The notes under the pieces: generated by a model
Database searches by the model: none
Seen by the model: only the letters and a program-made list of their open reading frames with translations
Told to the model about the DNA's origin: nothing
Assembly: GCF_001194135.2 (NCBI RefSeq)
Contig: NC_068982.1
Span: 167,208,428 to 167,272,427 of the forward strand
DNA: 64,000 bases
Source of the DNA: Octopus bimaculoides
Lineage: Eukaryota
Reading direction: 5' to 3'
Part shown: piece after piece, positions 24,816-35,998 of the stretch
Numbering within the stretch: position 1 is the stretch's first letter
Layout: each line of letters opens with the position of its first letter
Program-made: the position numbers and the translations under genes

Positions 24816-26891
24816 TAACTACAAGTACAGTAAACAATTTGGTGTATAGGCAGGCATTCATCAGGGCTCAATCCACAGTCCCCTCTTTTCCAGCCATAAC
24901 AGAGGAATTCAAGACTGGCAGCTCCTGGGAACTACTATATGTTGATGATCTTGCTCTCAAAGCAGATTCTATATCAGAGCTAGAAAAGAAATTCCAGATT
25001 TGTCTCACTATTTCCACCCTGACCTTGTTTCTGGCGCTGTGCATCTCTTGCATGCTACACACACTCTACATCACCTTTACTGCCTCCAATTGCCTCTACC
25101 TTTTCCTCCTAACCACCCCACCTGCGTTCACCTTGCAAGTGTACAGCTCTATCTCCATCTTTATTAATCTGCCACTCTTGTGAACTTACCTATCCAATCC
25201 TCTGAAACATTTTTCTTACATTCAGCTTCCTGTAAGTTGAGGGTATGCCCTAACACTTCTTCACCATCATCTCTCCTCTTCCAATCAGGGTACCTCCTCT
25301 ACTGCAAAACACTTGTTTCTATCCCTCTATCATACTTTAGCCTCTCATAAGCTAGCATAAATCCATCTCCCTCAATACCACAACCTCCTCAGTTGAGGGG
25401 TATTGTCTTGCAAGTTATTTCATGATCTCACTTGTATCAATACCACATAAAAAGAACCCACAACACTTTGTAAAGTGGTTGTTGTTAAGAAGGGCATCCA
25501 GCTATAAAAACCATGTCAAAGCAGACATTGGAGTTTGGTGGAGTCCTCTGGCTTGTTGGTTTTTGTCAAACCATCCAACCCATGATAGCATGGGAAATGG
25601 GCGCGCACAATGAATGATAATGATGATGATGAATAATCATAATAATGTTATAAGCTAGGAATGACAAAAAGATAGTATAAATTGTGATCCAGGATTACTG
25701 AGGGTTTTATTTTTCAGCTACTGGTTTCCACATAAACTAAAATTAAGCGCTAGTTAATGTGATGAAAGCCTTAAGAGTCAGGGATGAAAGCAGAGGCAAC
25801 AACAATATAAACATATACATGCACATAAAAAGCAAATGCTATGAATTACCTACATACAAATACAGTCCTTGACATTCCGTATATGCTGTGTTCAATCATC
25901 CCCAAACACATCTACTAAACGCTACAAATTACTGCAATATCATACTACCCTTTTTCGAGGAACGCAAAAATATCAGTGGTAGCATTACCGTCATTACTTT
26001 CAAAAATTGTGATGAAATGCATTACAACATAACTACCGTTGCAATGTTGCTCACATCTAATGTAGTCACCACTAGAACTTACAGAGGAGCCTCTAAGTGA
26101 TCGCAACCAAGTTTCCTTTATATCACTTACTACCATCATAAATAAGGGATGAATACATTGATAATGTAATACTAGCTCTCCCTAAAAAGACGATGGTAAA
26201 GGCTTGAATGCCTTTAATCGTAGGTTTCCTCGATCGGGGTTTACAAGAGGTAAACGAAAACAAGCTGGACAACGGAGAGAATGCAACAAGCACACGCTGT
26301 CGGAGTGTGCATACTGTGGTTTTCACATGTCTGGAACACCGGACTTCTGGATTCTGCTTAATTATTTGACCGACTATCAACATGTTCGATCCGATTGACA
26401 GTAGACCACTTTAATCGAAACCTAAAGAATAATGTGCTGCACGTCGACCCAAATCATCACGGATATTAAATCACAGTTACCCGTACAATTAATAGGCAAA
26501 TAGACACTGTGGTTTAGCAAAAACAACGAAGCTAATGAAGAAAAGAGTACGTTAATTAATTGTAATATTGGCTCCTGTCTTCAGCTAGTTTAAAAAAAAA
26601 ACACTATTCATAGAGCGTTGGAAGGTATTCAATATTTCTTAAACTTAGTGAGTACATGCACACACATCTATATTTTACATAAATATTTATGTTGATGTTT
26701 TGTAGCAAATTGAATCGTTGGAGTATCATTGAAGCTTTCGAACTTGGCGAAATATCAGAGCGGAAACGAATCTGATGGAACCGATATTTCCGAACCGCTG
26801 GCAATCACCAAACAGACACGTTATAAAAGTGAAATGGTTTCAATTAAAGAAGAAAAAAAAATGAAGTTATTACTCATCTAAGGTGCTTGCT

Positions 26892-26943
<52 letters not shown>

Positions 26944-26945
26944 CC

Positions 26946-27356
26946 NNNNNNNNNNNNNNNNNNNNNNNNNNNNNNNNNNNNNNNNNNNNNNNNNNNNNNN
27001 NNNNNNNNNNNNNNNNNNNNNNNNNNNNNNNNNNNNNNNNNNNNNNNNNNNNNNNNNNNNNNNNNNNNNNNNNNNNNNNNNNNNNNNNNNNNNNNNNNNN
27101 NNNNNNNNNNNNNNNNNNNNNNNNNNNNNNNNNNNNNNNNNNNNNNNNNNNNNNNNNNNNNNNNNNNNNNNNNNNNNNNNNNNNNNNNNNNNNNNNNNNN
27201 NNNNNNNNNNNNNNNNNNNNNNNNNNNNNNNNNNNNNNNNNNNNNNNNNNNNNNNNNNNNNNNNNNNNNNNNNNNNNNNNNNNNNNNNNNNNNNNNNNNN
27301 NNNNNNNNNNNNNNNNNNNNNNNNNNNNNNNNNNNNNNNNNNNNNNNNNNNNNNNN
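26946..27356. other. Assembly gap (N run); other gaps at about 3937-3952, 40134-40143, 41986-42303, 46857-46865, 49255-49281
   Basis: Runs of n, mostly flanked by microsatellites or repeats. Confidence 0.99.
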
Positions 27357-27362
27357 TATATA

Positions 27363-27401
<39 letters not shown>

Positions 27402-27737
27402 GTTTGTTCATTAAATATTTCCTAAGCCATGCTATAATTCTCTAAATAAACGTAGGAAATGCGAGTTGAATCAAAATATGGCCATAGGTAAAAAGGTGAT
27501 GCATAATGACTTCCTTTACAAGAACCTCGTACACATAAAAGATAACATGAAAATTGAGATGTTCATGCCGTTCCACATAACCTAGAGATATGAAAGAAAG
27601 GTGCTGGATGGTTTGTTTGAGAGATCGCAGAGAAGAGACCACAATGGAAGTTAGTAAACAATGAGTGTCATCTCAAGATATAAAGAAAAACCTTGAGTGT
27701 TGTAGTTCTGTATAGATATTTTTTGCGTTAAGCTTAC

Positions 27738-27785
27738 CTCATTTCTCAAAAGTTCAAATTTCTCTTCAAGACGCTCAAGCTCCAT
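27738..27785 (-). CDS. CCDC149: CCDC149 coding exon 1 (MELERLEEKFELLRNE)
   Basis: ATG with A at -3 and G at +4; strong phase-0 donor GAG|GTAAGC; heptad-like peptide ending in E that joins in frame to HQACRRKLDSK, as vertebrate ...LVSE|YLVCKRKLESK does (recalled). Confidence 0.8.
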
Positions 27786-28952
27786 ACTGTAATGTAGAAG
27801 TATTAAACCACATTATGGTCAAGAAAATACAGGTGTTTGTCGACTGGTTCTTTGGACAGACTGTGATATCCTAGAGTTAGCATGACGCTTCAGTTATGAT
27901 CCACTATATGTAGCGCCTTAAGAAATATCAAGCATCGCAGAAACTATAATATATTTCTTTCTATATATTATATTACTTTTAAAACCATATGAACCATAAC
28001 TTCCTCTAGGACTGTAGTAATGTGCGATAATTTAAGACAGCTTTCTGTTTTCAAAACGCCAACCAGCTGTAATTCATAATTCTCACCTTCTTGTTGGCAC
28101 ATGGAGTGATCTCCCTTACTTTGCAACCTACATTGTCACACCTTCAGCCAACAGTTGCATGTGGACACATCGAATAATAATGATTTCGATCCAACGCAAA
28201 CGTAAAGTTACAAATTCGGTGGGGAAAGGGTATATTCGATTTAATGTATCTCGGCATTTATTTACTCCCCGCTCAGAAGGTAAAAAGACCGAGCTTAATA
28301 CAGCATGGTATTTCATCGGCCATTCTACTGTTTTACCTTTCTGTCGCTCTTATTTTGAACACAGGTACAAAGCCACGCATTTTGGAGGAAAGAAAAAGTC
28401 GATTATATTAACTTCAGTACTTGAATAATACTTATTGTATCAGTTCTCGATTAATGAAAGCAAAAGTCTGTAGGATTTGAACTTATGCAATACACGATTA
28501 CATTTGAGTGGGTGGGCACAATCGATTAAAATAATTCCATTACTTAGTTTATTGGCCCCGAAGTGGGTGACAAGCAAAATTGTACACCGGCGTTGAAATA
28601 TTTTCCCTACTAGTGGTATGCGTGTCCTTTCACGTTGTTAGCTAAACATAAGATCATTTGTTTTCATAAGAATTTTATTAGTGAGTCTTAGGATGCCTTC
28701 ATAGACATATTTTTTTTTAAATAAAAGGTGGGGCAGTGTAGTTAGTGTTTACTTTGAATTACTATATGCTGATCAATGGGTGCCAAGCTGTCCGATTGTC
28801 CGTTTTCAGAGGAGTGGAGGTTGTTTCTGTGTGTAATCAGACTAGATATATGTGATGTCATTGCTATGCTAATATTGGTAATATATATTCTACTCGCTTA
28901 TGGAGACTATTTAGGATAGCTACCAGTTTAATATCAGAGCTTGGATATTCGG
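27786..28952. promoter_or_regulatory. CCDC149 upstream/5'UTR region, possible bidirectional promoter
   Basis: CpG-richer than background; lies between the CCDC149 ATG (27785, -) and candidate ATGs at 28953/29019 (+). An acceptor-like TTCTACATTACAG sits 1 nt before the CCDC149 ATG, suggesting an upstream non-coding exon. Confidence 0.45.
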
Positions 28953-29075
28953 ATGAATAAAGCTTCTGAATGTAAAGAATCGCGTGCTTCTACGGCTTCA
29001 CTTGAATTTGACACGATAATGGCGTCACCGGTTAATAACAACGAACTTTTATTCTATGACCCAGATATAATAAAG
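28953..29075 (+). CDS. Candidate first coding exon of an unidentified gene (MNKASECKESRASTASLEFDTIMASPVNNNELLFYDPDIIK)
   Basis: Open frame ending at AAG|GTGTAA (phase 0); second ATG at 29019 in strong context (ATAATGG); CpG-rich; divergent from CCDC149. No family recognised. Confidence 0.4.
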
Positions 29076-29108
29076 GTGTAACTGCGATGCATTCCTATAA
29101 CACTAAGG

Positions 29109-29910
29109 GCATACCTCCACATGTGTTCTCCCCACCTACTTTGTTTCCTCATAACTTTTTTTAAAAATGGATATTTTTCAATGAAATCTCTTACAAATAC
29201 GCTTCAGATGGTGTAGATCCCGATTATATTGGAATTTGTGTTGAAAAAAATTTTTTTCCCGGGGGTAGGGTGTGGAATTTCGGAAAATTCACACGTGTCG
29301 GTTTTGTTTCCTTATAACTTTCGGAAAAATGGATATTTTTTTAATGAAATTTTCTACAAATACCGACTTTTTAATCTCAAGCACAGGTTTTTTTAATTAA
29401 TTTTTTTTTAACTAAACATTTTGAAACTTGGGATTGAAAAGGTCCCAAATACCTTACGGAGTGCGTAAATTACAATTATTTAAAATGAAAAAGAAAATTG
29501 ACGAGCATACACACTTATATACTGACACACATCACAATTTTTTCCGAAATGTCAAGCTTCGTTTTGTAGATATATATGTGTGTCAGTATATATGTGTGTG
29601 TGCTCACCAATTTTCTTTTTCATATTAAGTTCCAATATAATCGTAATCTACACACTCTGAAAGGTGAAAATTTCATTAAAATAATATCTATTTTTCTGAA
29701 AATCATGAGGAAACAAAGCTGGTTCGTATGAATTTTCCGAAACTTCTCATTTTACTCACGAATTTTTTTTTTCTTACAACAAATCCTGATATAATCGGAA
29801 TTTACACCATCTGAAGCGTATTTGTTACAGATTTCATTTAAAAATATCCATTTTTCTGGAATTTATGAGGAAACAAAATTGGGGGGTGGGTACACATGTG
29901 GAGTTATGTC
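29109..29910. mobile_element. Foldback/MITE-like element with long modular inverted repeats
   Basis: 29109-29250 is the diverged reverse complement of about 29770-29910 (e.g. AAATACGCTTCAGATGGTGTA); inner subrepeat pair at about 29305-29362 / 29670-29717. Confidence 0.8.
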
Positions 29911-30049
29911 ACAGTAAAAACGAAAAAGCTTCTGAATACTAATAGATTTTTATTCTTAATGAACAGAACAAGTTTGTTTTTATCAAAGCAAGGTATGATT
30001 GCCACAAAAAATTTCATTAACAGGGAAACCCATGTAACTTGAAGAAAGG

Positions 30050-32050
30050 GGTTTTATCAGTTTAACATGTGGGATAATGTTGTCCTTTCAATTCCAAAAG
30101 AAATTGATAATTACTACAAGTTACCTATTAGCACATCAAAATCTGACAGAATCAACTCAAAGTTTTTCTCAGAAATTATGTGAGCCTGGTTTTGTGAATT
30201 TTGAAAAGAACTGAAATTGAAGGACATTATAGAAGATGATATGATTCAAATGAGACTCATTGATGGCATGCAGTAATTTGAGCATCATAAACATTTTCAC
30301 TCAGTTGGTCCCAAGCTTAATGCATGCATCGAATTCAACAGCTTGAAGTGATCTTTAAATTTCAGATGTCTCATGTACGGAGGAGGATATAAAAATGATT
30401 TTGATAATATCACTGTCAAATGTTGACAGGAACAAGTATAAATCTAGTTATAAATGTAGCATCATGTGGCTATAACCATGCACCATCTTGCATGTAGTAA
30501 GATATGTATTAACTGTGAGAGAAAGAAAACAAATTGCTTTCAAGTAGTATAAAAAAAGTTTGAGGAAACTGAAAATGGTGATTCTACAAATATTTATGAA
30601 ATTGGCCTAAAAAATACTACAATAATCAATGTAAAACCTGATAATGTAACATTAACATGTTGGTTTGTTAACATTCAGCTAACTAATACATCTGAACTTC
30701 TGGATCAATTTGAATAAATCAGAATTAAACTGAAATAATTTGATGGATTGCTCATTATGATTATGGGCAAGTTTAATGAATGAGATGCTGGAAGCTATCA
30801 AGAGCATCAAAATTGTTATTGTTCTTGTTGCTGAGTGTAAAAAAAAAATCTTGGTTGTTTGTTATCAGTAGGATGATTATTGATAGTTGAACATTAATTC
30901 ATAAATTGAAGCTTGAGGACAATTTAGGAAATCAAGAGGTTTTATGGTTAACATTCTTCTCAAAGGAAATAGACAATAAGGACAGCAGGGGATGCAAACT
31001 ACACATTAACAAGTGAAGGCTGTACTTGTGAGTGGTGATATTTTGTGTATGGGTGTGGATGTAAGTAGCTAAAGAAGAATCGAGTTAGGCCATTGCCAAT
31101 ACACATTAAAAACCATTAGTCATAACAAAGCTGAGGAAATTAGTGAAGGTCTTTTAGATGTTCTTCCAGGGACTTTTCTTTTAGCTGTTGTGCAAATGCA
31201 AATATCCCAGAATATGTAAAGTCTATAAAATATGTGTAAATGAACAAATTCAGATTCTTATCCAGTTCCAGATACTGAATCAATGTTTCATTCTCTTTCT
31301 GACATGAATTATTTTGCTAATTTTGATTTAAAAAGGAGATGCCATTATACAGAAATTATTCTGAAGCAAGAGAAGTTACTACATAAGTACATTAATAAAT
31401 ATTTTAAGATGAACAGGTCTTCTGCACAAAATTAAAATAGCCAGTGCTTGATTCAGAAAGTAATTGATCATATTGGAAATGACATTGATAATGTTATTTA
31501 TCAAGATGATGTGTGTATTGGTGGTAAAACTGTCAAAAATCTTCATATGAAGGTATATAAGATAAAAAAAATATTAGAATTTACAAGCATGATAATCAAT
31601 TGAGCTAAGTTTGTGTTAGAGACTGATGAATTGCTTCTTTTATTTTGACTAACAAAGTAGGGTATATTATCAGATCATCAATTAGTTGTAAGAATTGCAG
31701 ACAATTCTTAATAATTGAGATGGCCAGAATTAATAGAAGTTCAGAATGATGATGCAGAAACTGTTTAGCAGGTTTTTAAGAATTATGTTTGCGAGGAATT
31801 GTGTTCCAGAACCATTTCTGTTGGACAATACCTGTGAATTTCATGATATTGACTTGTGTATATGGCTTGATAAGATCAAATAATGCTATGACAAATGTTC
31901 TAATGTCATCCAGACTCATATGGAATTCCTGAAAGAATGGTTGAAGTTGTTTAATAATGTAATCACCAAGTAAAGGTGCTATTAAGGCATATTTGGGTTG
32001 CATGCTTTTGAATTATTAGACAATTATTCACTCAGGAAGACTTTTTAGTT
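30050..32050 (+). mobile_element. Decayed Ty3/Gypsy LTR-retrotransposon internal region (gag-pol fossil)
   Basis: Broken frames give DIIEDDMIQMRLIDG (gag-like), YPVPDTESMFHSL and YQDDVCIG at 31499 (RT), then FARNCVPEPFLLDN..EF and HPDSYGIPERMV (integrase core), in Gypsy order RT then IN; many stops and frameshifts. Confidence 0.8.
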
Positions 32051-32411
32051 CCTCTGCTTTAGTAGATAAATAACAGTCATCAATAACCGCTGCTCCAGTT
32101 TGACATTGTAGAAGAACAAGCTAGATTTATATCTCAAATAAGAAATAATACAGCTGTGGTTTTTTTGAAGGTGAACAGCATTCACTAGCTCCTGAAGATC
32201 AAATAAGGGTACAAATATTGATAATAGACAAAATACAGGAGCATCTCTTCAAGTTCTTTTGAATGGTATTCCAGACTGTTAATAGTGATTGTGATTTTAC
32301 AGCTGATTCAGGGACAAATATTGCAAATACCATTGGTGTAGTTCTCAATGAAAAACCATTTTGTTTCCAGATGTGATGTTTTACTAATATTAGTATATGA
32401 TTAAAACAGTA

Positions 32412-32620
32412 AGGTGGCAGAATTGTTAGCACACCCAGTGAAATTGCTTAACAACATTTCTTCTGACTTAACATTTTGAATTCAGATGCTACTGGGGTCA
32501 ACGTTGCCTTTCATTCTTTCAGGGTCAGTAAAATATGTACCAGTTGAGCACTCGGGTTGATGTAATCAACTTACCTGCCTTCCCAAAAATTGCTGCTCTT
32601 ATGCCAAAATTTGAAACCAA
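32412..32620 (+). mobile_element. Degenerate tRNA-derived SINE of a third family. Related reverse-strand pieces: 10445-10620, 20130-20330, 340-450
   Basis: GGTGGCAGAATTGTTAGCAC...GGGGTCAAC..TGCCTTTCATTCTTTCAGGGTC...GTACCAG pattern recurring across the window. Confidence 0.65.
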
Positions 32621-33074
32621 CATTGATTGCATGATTCTTATGGGCTGATTAAGACTAAGATAGCTCCAAAGTCGATGTAAGAGCTTGGTTATTCAGCTAA
32701 ACAAAGCTTCTGAATACAAAGTATTGCATGTGACTATGACTTTACTTGAATGAATGCAGCATGACATGACAGTGAACATAATTCTGTTAGCCATGCATAA
32801 GTTTTGTTAAGCATCTGTAACAACCAGAGTATAATCTGACACTGAAGAGGGAGCCCAATGTTTGGGATGAAGTTTTGACAATGTTAAAAGTGAGATTACT
32901 ATGAAACATTGTATTTCATACAGCAAGCAATTATAAGGACTTTGGTGAGGTTGGGGGCTGTGTGTGTTCATGTGTAATGAGAGTGTTGTGCAAGATTGTT
33001 TCCTTCTTATGCTATTTTTAGATTACTGTTGAAGAAATGAGATTGCCATGCTTCTATTGATATATATTTTCAAG

Positions 33075-33149
33075 ATTTCTGTTAAGAGATTGCCTCTTAA
33101 TGACACCTGTATACAAAGGGTAAAGAAAGGTGGTATCAACTATGCAGAA
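33075..33149 (+). CDS. Candidate internal exon of the unidentified gene (ISVKRLPLNDTCIQRVKKGGINYAE)
   Basis: ATTTTCAAG acceptor, GAA|GTATGT donor, phase 0-0; splice signals and open frame only. Confidence 0.3.
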
Positions 33150-34710
33150 GTATGTGTGGTTAGTCAGTTTAATGTAGAGGGTTAGAATGTCAAAAGATAT
33201 ATGAGTTCATTGAATTAAGGTCGGAGTGAGAGAGCACTACAAATATATATTCAGTGAAGTATTCTGACAGAATATTTCCAGTCCAAACAATGAAAGATAT
33301 ATAGTGCTTATAGGCAAACAACTTAGCTAGGAGATTATCATGCTAAATACAGTAAAAGATTTAATAGACAAGATGGAAAACGATAGAAATATTACTATCA
33401 AATTTCTTAAAAGAGAGAACATTTTGGTGTATGATGTAAGAAATTAATTCTCCTGATAGTCACTGAGAATGAAAATGAGTTAATCTAGAAAGAAGAGGTT
33501 TGGGAAGATAATGAAATAAGCTAGAGTGAGAAAATTGTTTTATTGGTAGGAGTGTGCTGTCAGCAAATACAAAGAGAAGGTCATTGAAGTAGTTGTAGAC
33601 GAGACAGAAGATAGTTCAGCAGAGACTTCTGCTTGTATGAAATCTTGCTATATAAACATGCAATCTTTTTGTTGTAAATGAAATATTTTTGATTTTTTAA
33701 TATTAAATAAATTAAAGTCCTGAATCTTTCAGTCTATGATCAGTAATATGAACTATTGACTTGAGGGATGGAAAAGTGAGATTTGTGATGTTCATATTTT
33801 CCCCTAAAGCATTAATGAAATAAGTTAAATAGCTGTGACTGAAAAATCAACTGTTGTGCACATCTTAGTTTACTACCTACTTACAAGATTACTTGTCACC
33901 AATAATATACTGGAACTGATTAAATTTTGTATATTTCCCTCATAGAAAAAGTAAGTAAAATACTAATCAGATATTGAAATGGAGGTAAATTTTTAAATTG
34001 CTTCCTGGATGTTAATGGAGCTCTAAAAGTTAAGTCTAAGGCTGTGCCTCATAGTACAGTACAGTCAGGTGTAATTCATGAGCAAGTATGGCTTGGAAAT
34101 ATGCCATACTTTCACTCAGTGTTTTAACTGCCTGAGCAGTCATAAACAGACATTGACCCTCTACTAGCCCCATCACACTTGACACAGTAGTACATCCAGA
34201 ATGTGACAGCTTTAGGGAGAGAGGGTTACACCAACACTCAGATGGAATTCCTTTACAACTGAATGGACAGGAAGAATGTGAAATGAAGATCTTTACTCAA
34301 GGACATAATGTCCTGCCCAGTCTAGAAATTGATTTCATGATCTTAGGATCTAACTAAACAACTTGGCCATGTATCTTCAAATTCTACATAACAAATCAAT
34401 ATTAAGTTTCTGTCTTATATACTATCCCCTCTCACTCTCTCTCTCTCTCTCTCTCTGTAAAATATTTGAAAGTATTAAAGGGCTAAGAACTAATTTCCCC
34501 CCAAATGCAAGGATCCATAGGACAAGCTTTTAACTCCTGTTTCTGAGTAACTAGCCAGATGTTATGCAAATTTCCTTCCAGGGAAACTTTTGGTTGATAA
34601 AATTTAAATCAACTATACATTACTTTTATTGTTTGTTTAAATCTAGAATTAGAATAATGTAATGAAAATTGAGAGAAACTGAATTCAGCTGTGCAATCTG
34701 TTTGTTACAG

Positions 34711-34767
34711 CCAATTATACCACTTCTGGTACCTATTTACTGTTAGATGGACTGGACCATTTTAGAG
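34711..34767 (+). CDS. Candidate internal exon of the unidentified gene (-NYTTSGTYLLLDGLDHFR-)
   Basis: TTTGTTACAG acceptor, GAG|GTTAGT donor, phase 1-1; an alternative phase-0 acceptor at 34688 would add LCNLFVTA. Confidence 0.35.
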
Positions 34768-35186
34768 GTTAGTGTCTTGCATACAACTACAATACAAAGA
34801 TTTTAACAATATGAATTGTTGACCTCTTGACTATAACCTATGACTCATTTGACCCAGCCACTAACACTTTTGTGAAGAAATTATGTGGTTATTTACAGTT
34901 GAAATGTCAGTTACAGAAATATAGATGCCTCGGTGAAGATAATGTAAAGCTTAATCTATGAAAGTGTCATGAGGAGACTGAATTCCTGACAATTCTGCCA
35001 GTTTCAGACATCTTAGTTATGATTTCAACTGGTTTGATCACCTACAGACAGAATGGTTTACAGGTGTGAAGAAAGTTGAACCTAACACTGAAAGTTAATA
35101 AAACACCTATCAGTCATACACTGCCACTGTCGTCTGTTTAAATGTAAGATTGAGAGAATAAAAAAAATAGACGTTATACTCTAAAG

Positions 35187-35503
35187 CAGTGCTTCTCAAA
35201 CTATCTGATGTGCTGTACTGGCAGTTTTTTTTTTCCCGTTGTGCCAGGGACCAGTAATATTTCTTAGTAATATTAATTTATACCAGAAACAATATATATA
35301 ATAAATATAATAAAAATTGATAATTTTTAAAATTATATATTTATTTTGTAAACAAATAATACAATATTACATAAGCTGATAAGTTGTTTACTGCAGTGCA
35401 TAAAGCAAAATTACTGAAATTATGCTATTGTTTCTTTCTTTTCTGGAACATCACCATGTACCAGCTGCTGATGGCTCACGGACCATCACTTTGAGTAGAA
35501 CTG
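35187..35503. mobile_element. hAT (Charlie-like) MITE
   Basis: TIRs CAGTGCTTCTCAAA ... TTTGAGTAGAACTG; 8-bp TSD CTCTAAAG / TTCTAAAG. Confidence 0.85.
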
Positions 35504-35682
35504 TTCTAAAGCACTCTTAACATTGTATTAGAGAAGAACAAAAAAAATCACTATCACTATCTGTTTGTTAATTTGTTTTACTAATCTTTTAGAATTTAAT
35601 TCATATACAAAGTGGGCTGAATATTTGTGAGCAAACTTTAATGGGACATAAATGGACAATGATCTAATGTCATGTTACACAG

Positions 35683-35998
35683 CAGTTGCCCAAATTTTAA
35701 CTTTCTCATATTTCTTGCAAATGTACTGACAGATCCCAATCTGATACACAGAGAAATGGAAAGGTATGCCATGTTCATTGCACTAAATTCCAACCACAAT
35801 GAATTGGAAGTTGCCAGTTTCACGTTCAGAGTTGGGAAAGAACTGAAGGCCTATATAGAGGGCTTTGTCATCTATGGGCAAGAGGAAGAAGCATTTTCAG
35901 GGGAAGAAACTGACTGGCAACCCCACAACACCAAGAATTTGATGGGGCTGTTACATGAAAGACGGTATGGATTGGGGCTACTTGATTCTGGCTTATAG
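35683..35998 (+). CDS. Candidate terminal coding exon of the unidentified gene (...DPNLIHREMERYAMFIALNSNHNELEVASFTFRVGKELKAYIEGFVIYGQEEEAFSGEETDWQPHNTKNLMGLLHERRYGLGLLDSGL*)
   Basis: Longest non-repeat, protein-like ORF in the region; possible acceptors at 35682 (phase 2) or 35732 (phase 1); AATAAA at 36193-36198 about 195 nt after the stop. 5' boundary uncertain. Confidence 0.5.

Larger units (their letters stand above)
24130..25005 (+). mobile_element. RTE-clade LINE reverse transcriptase fossil
   Basis: DEMQFGF..GRST.AIFIVRQLQEKYLAKNK.LHLAFVD.EKAFDRVPH and WELLYVDDLAL in broken frames; interrupted by the 24618-24815 insertion. Confidence 0.9.

Noticed and set aside
26604-26804. ORF MPAVRKYRF... 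as CCDC149 exon 1
   Set aside because: No good donor and no similarity; 27738-27785 fits far better.
26883-27425. Long ORFs over N runs (also 41832-42414)
   Set aside because: Artefacts of assembly gaps and flanking (TA)n.
31776-32003. Minus-strand ORF MQPKYALIAPLLGDY... with exon-like boundaries
   Set aside because: Antisense of the Gypsy integrase core; it also lies upstream of the CCDC149 start.
35008-35063. Exon candidate HLSYDFNWFDHLQTEWFT
   Set aside because: Needs a phase-2 upstream donor that none of the neighbouring candidates provides; left out of the model but not excluded.
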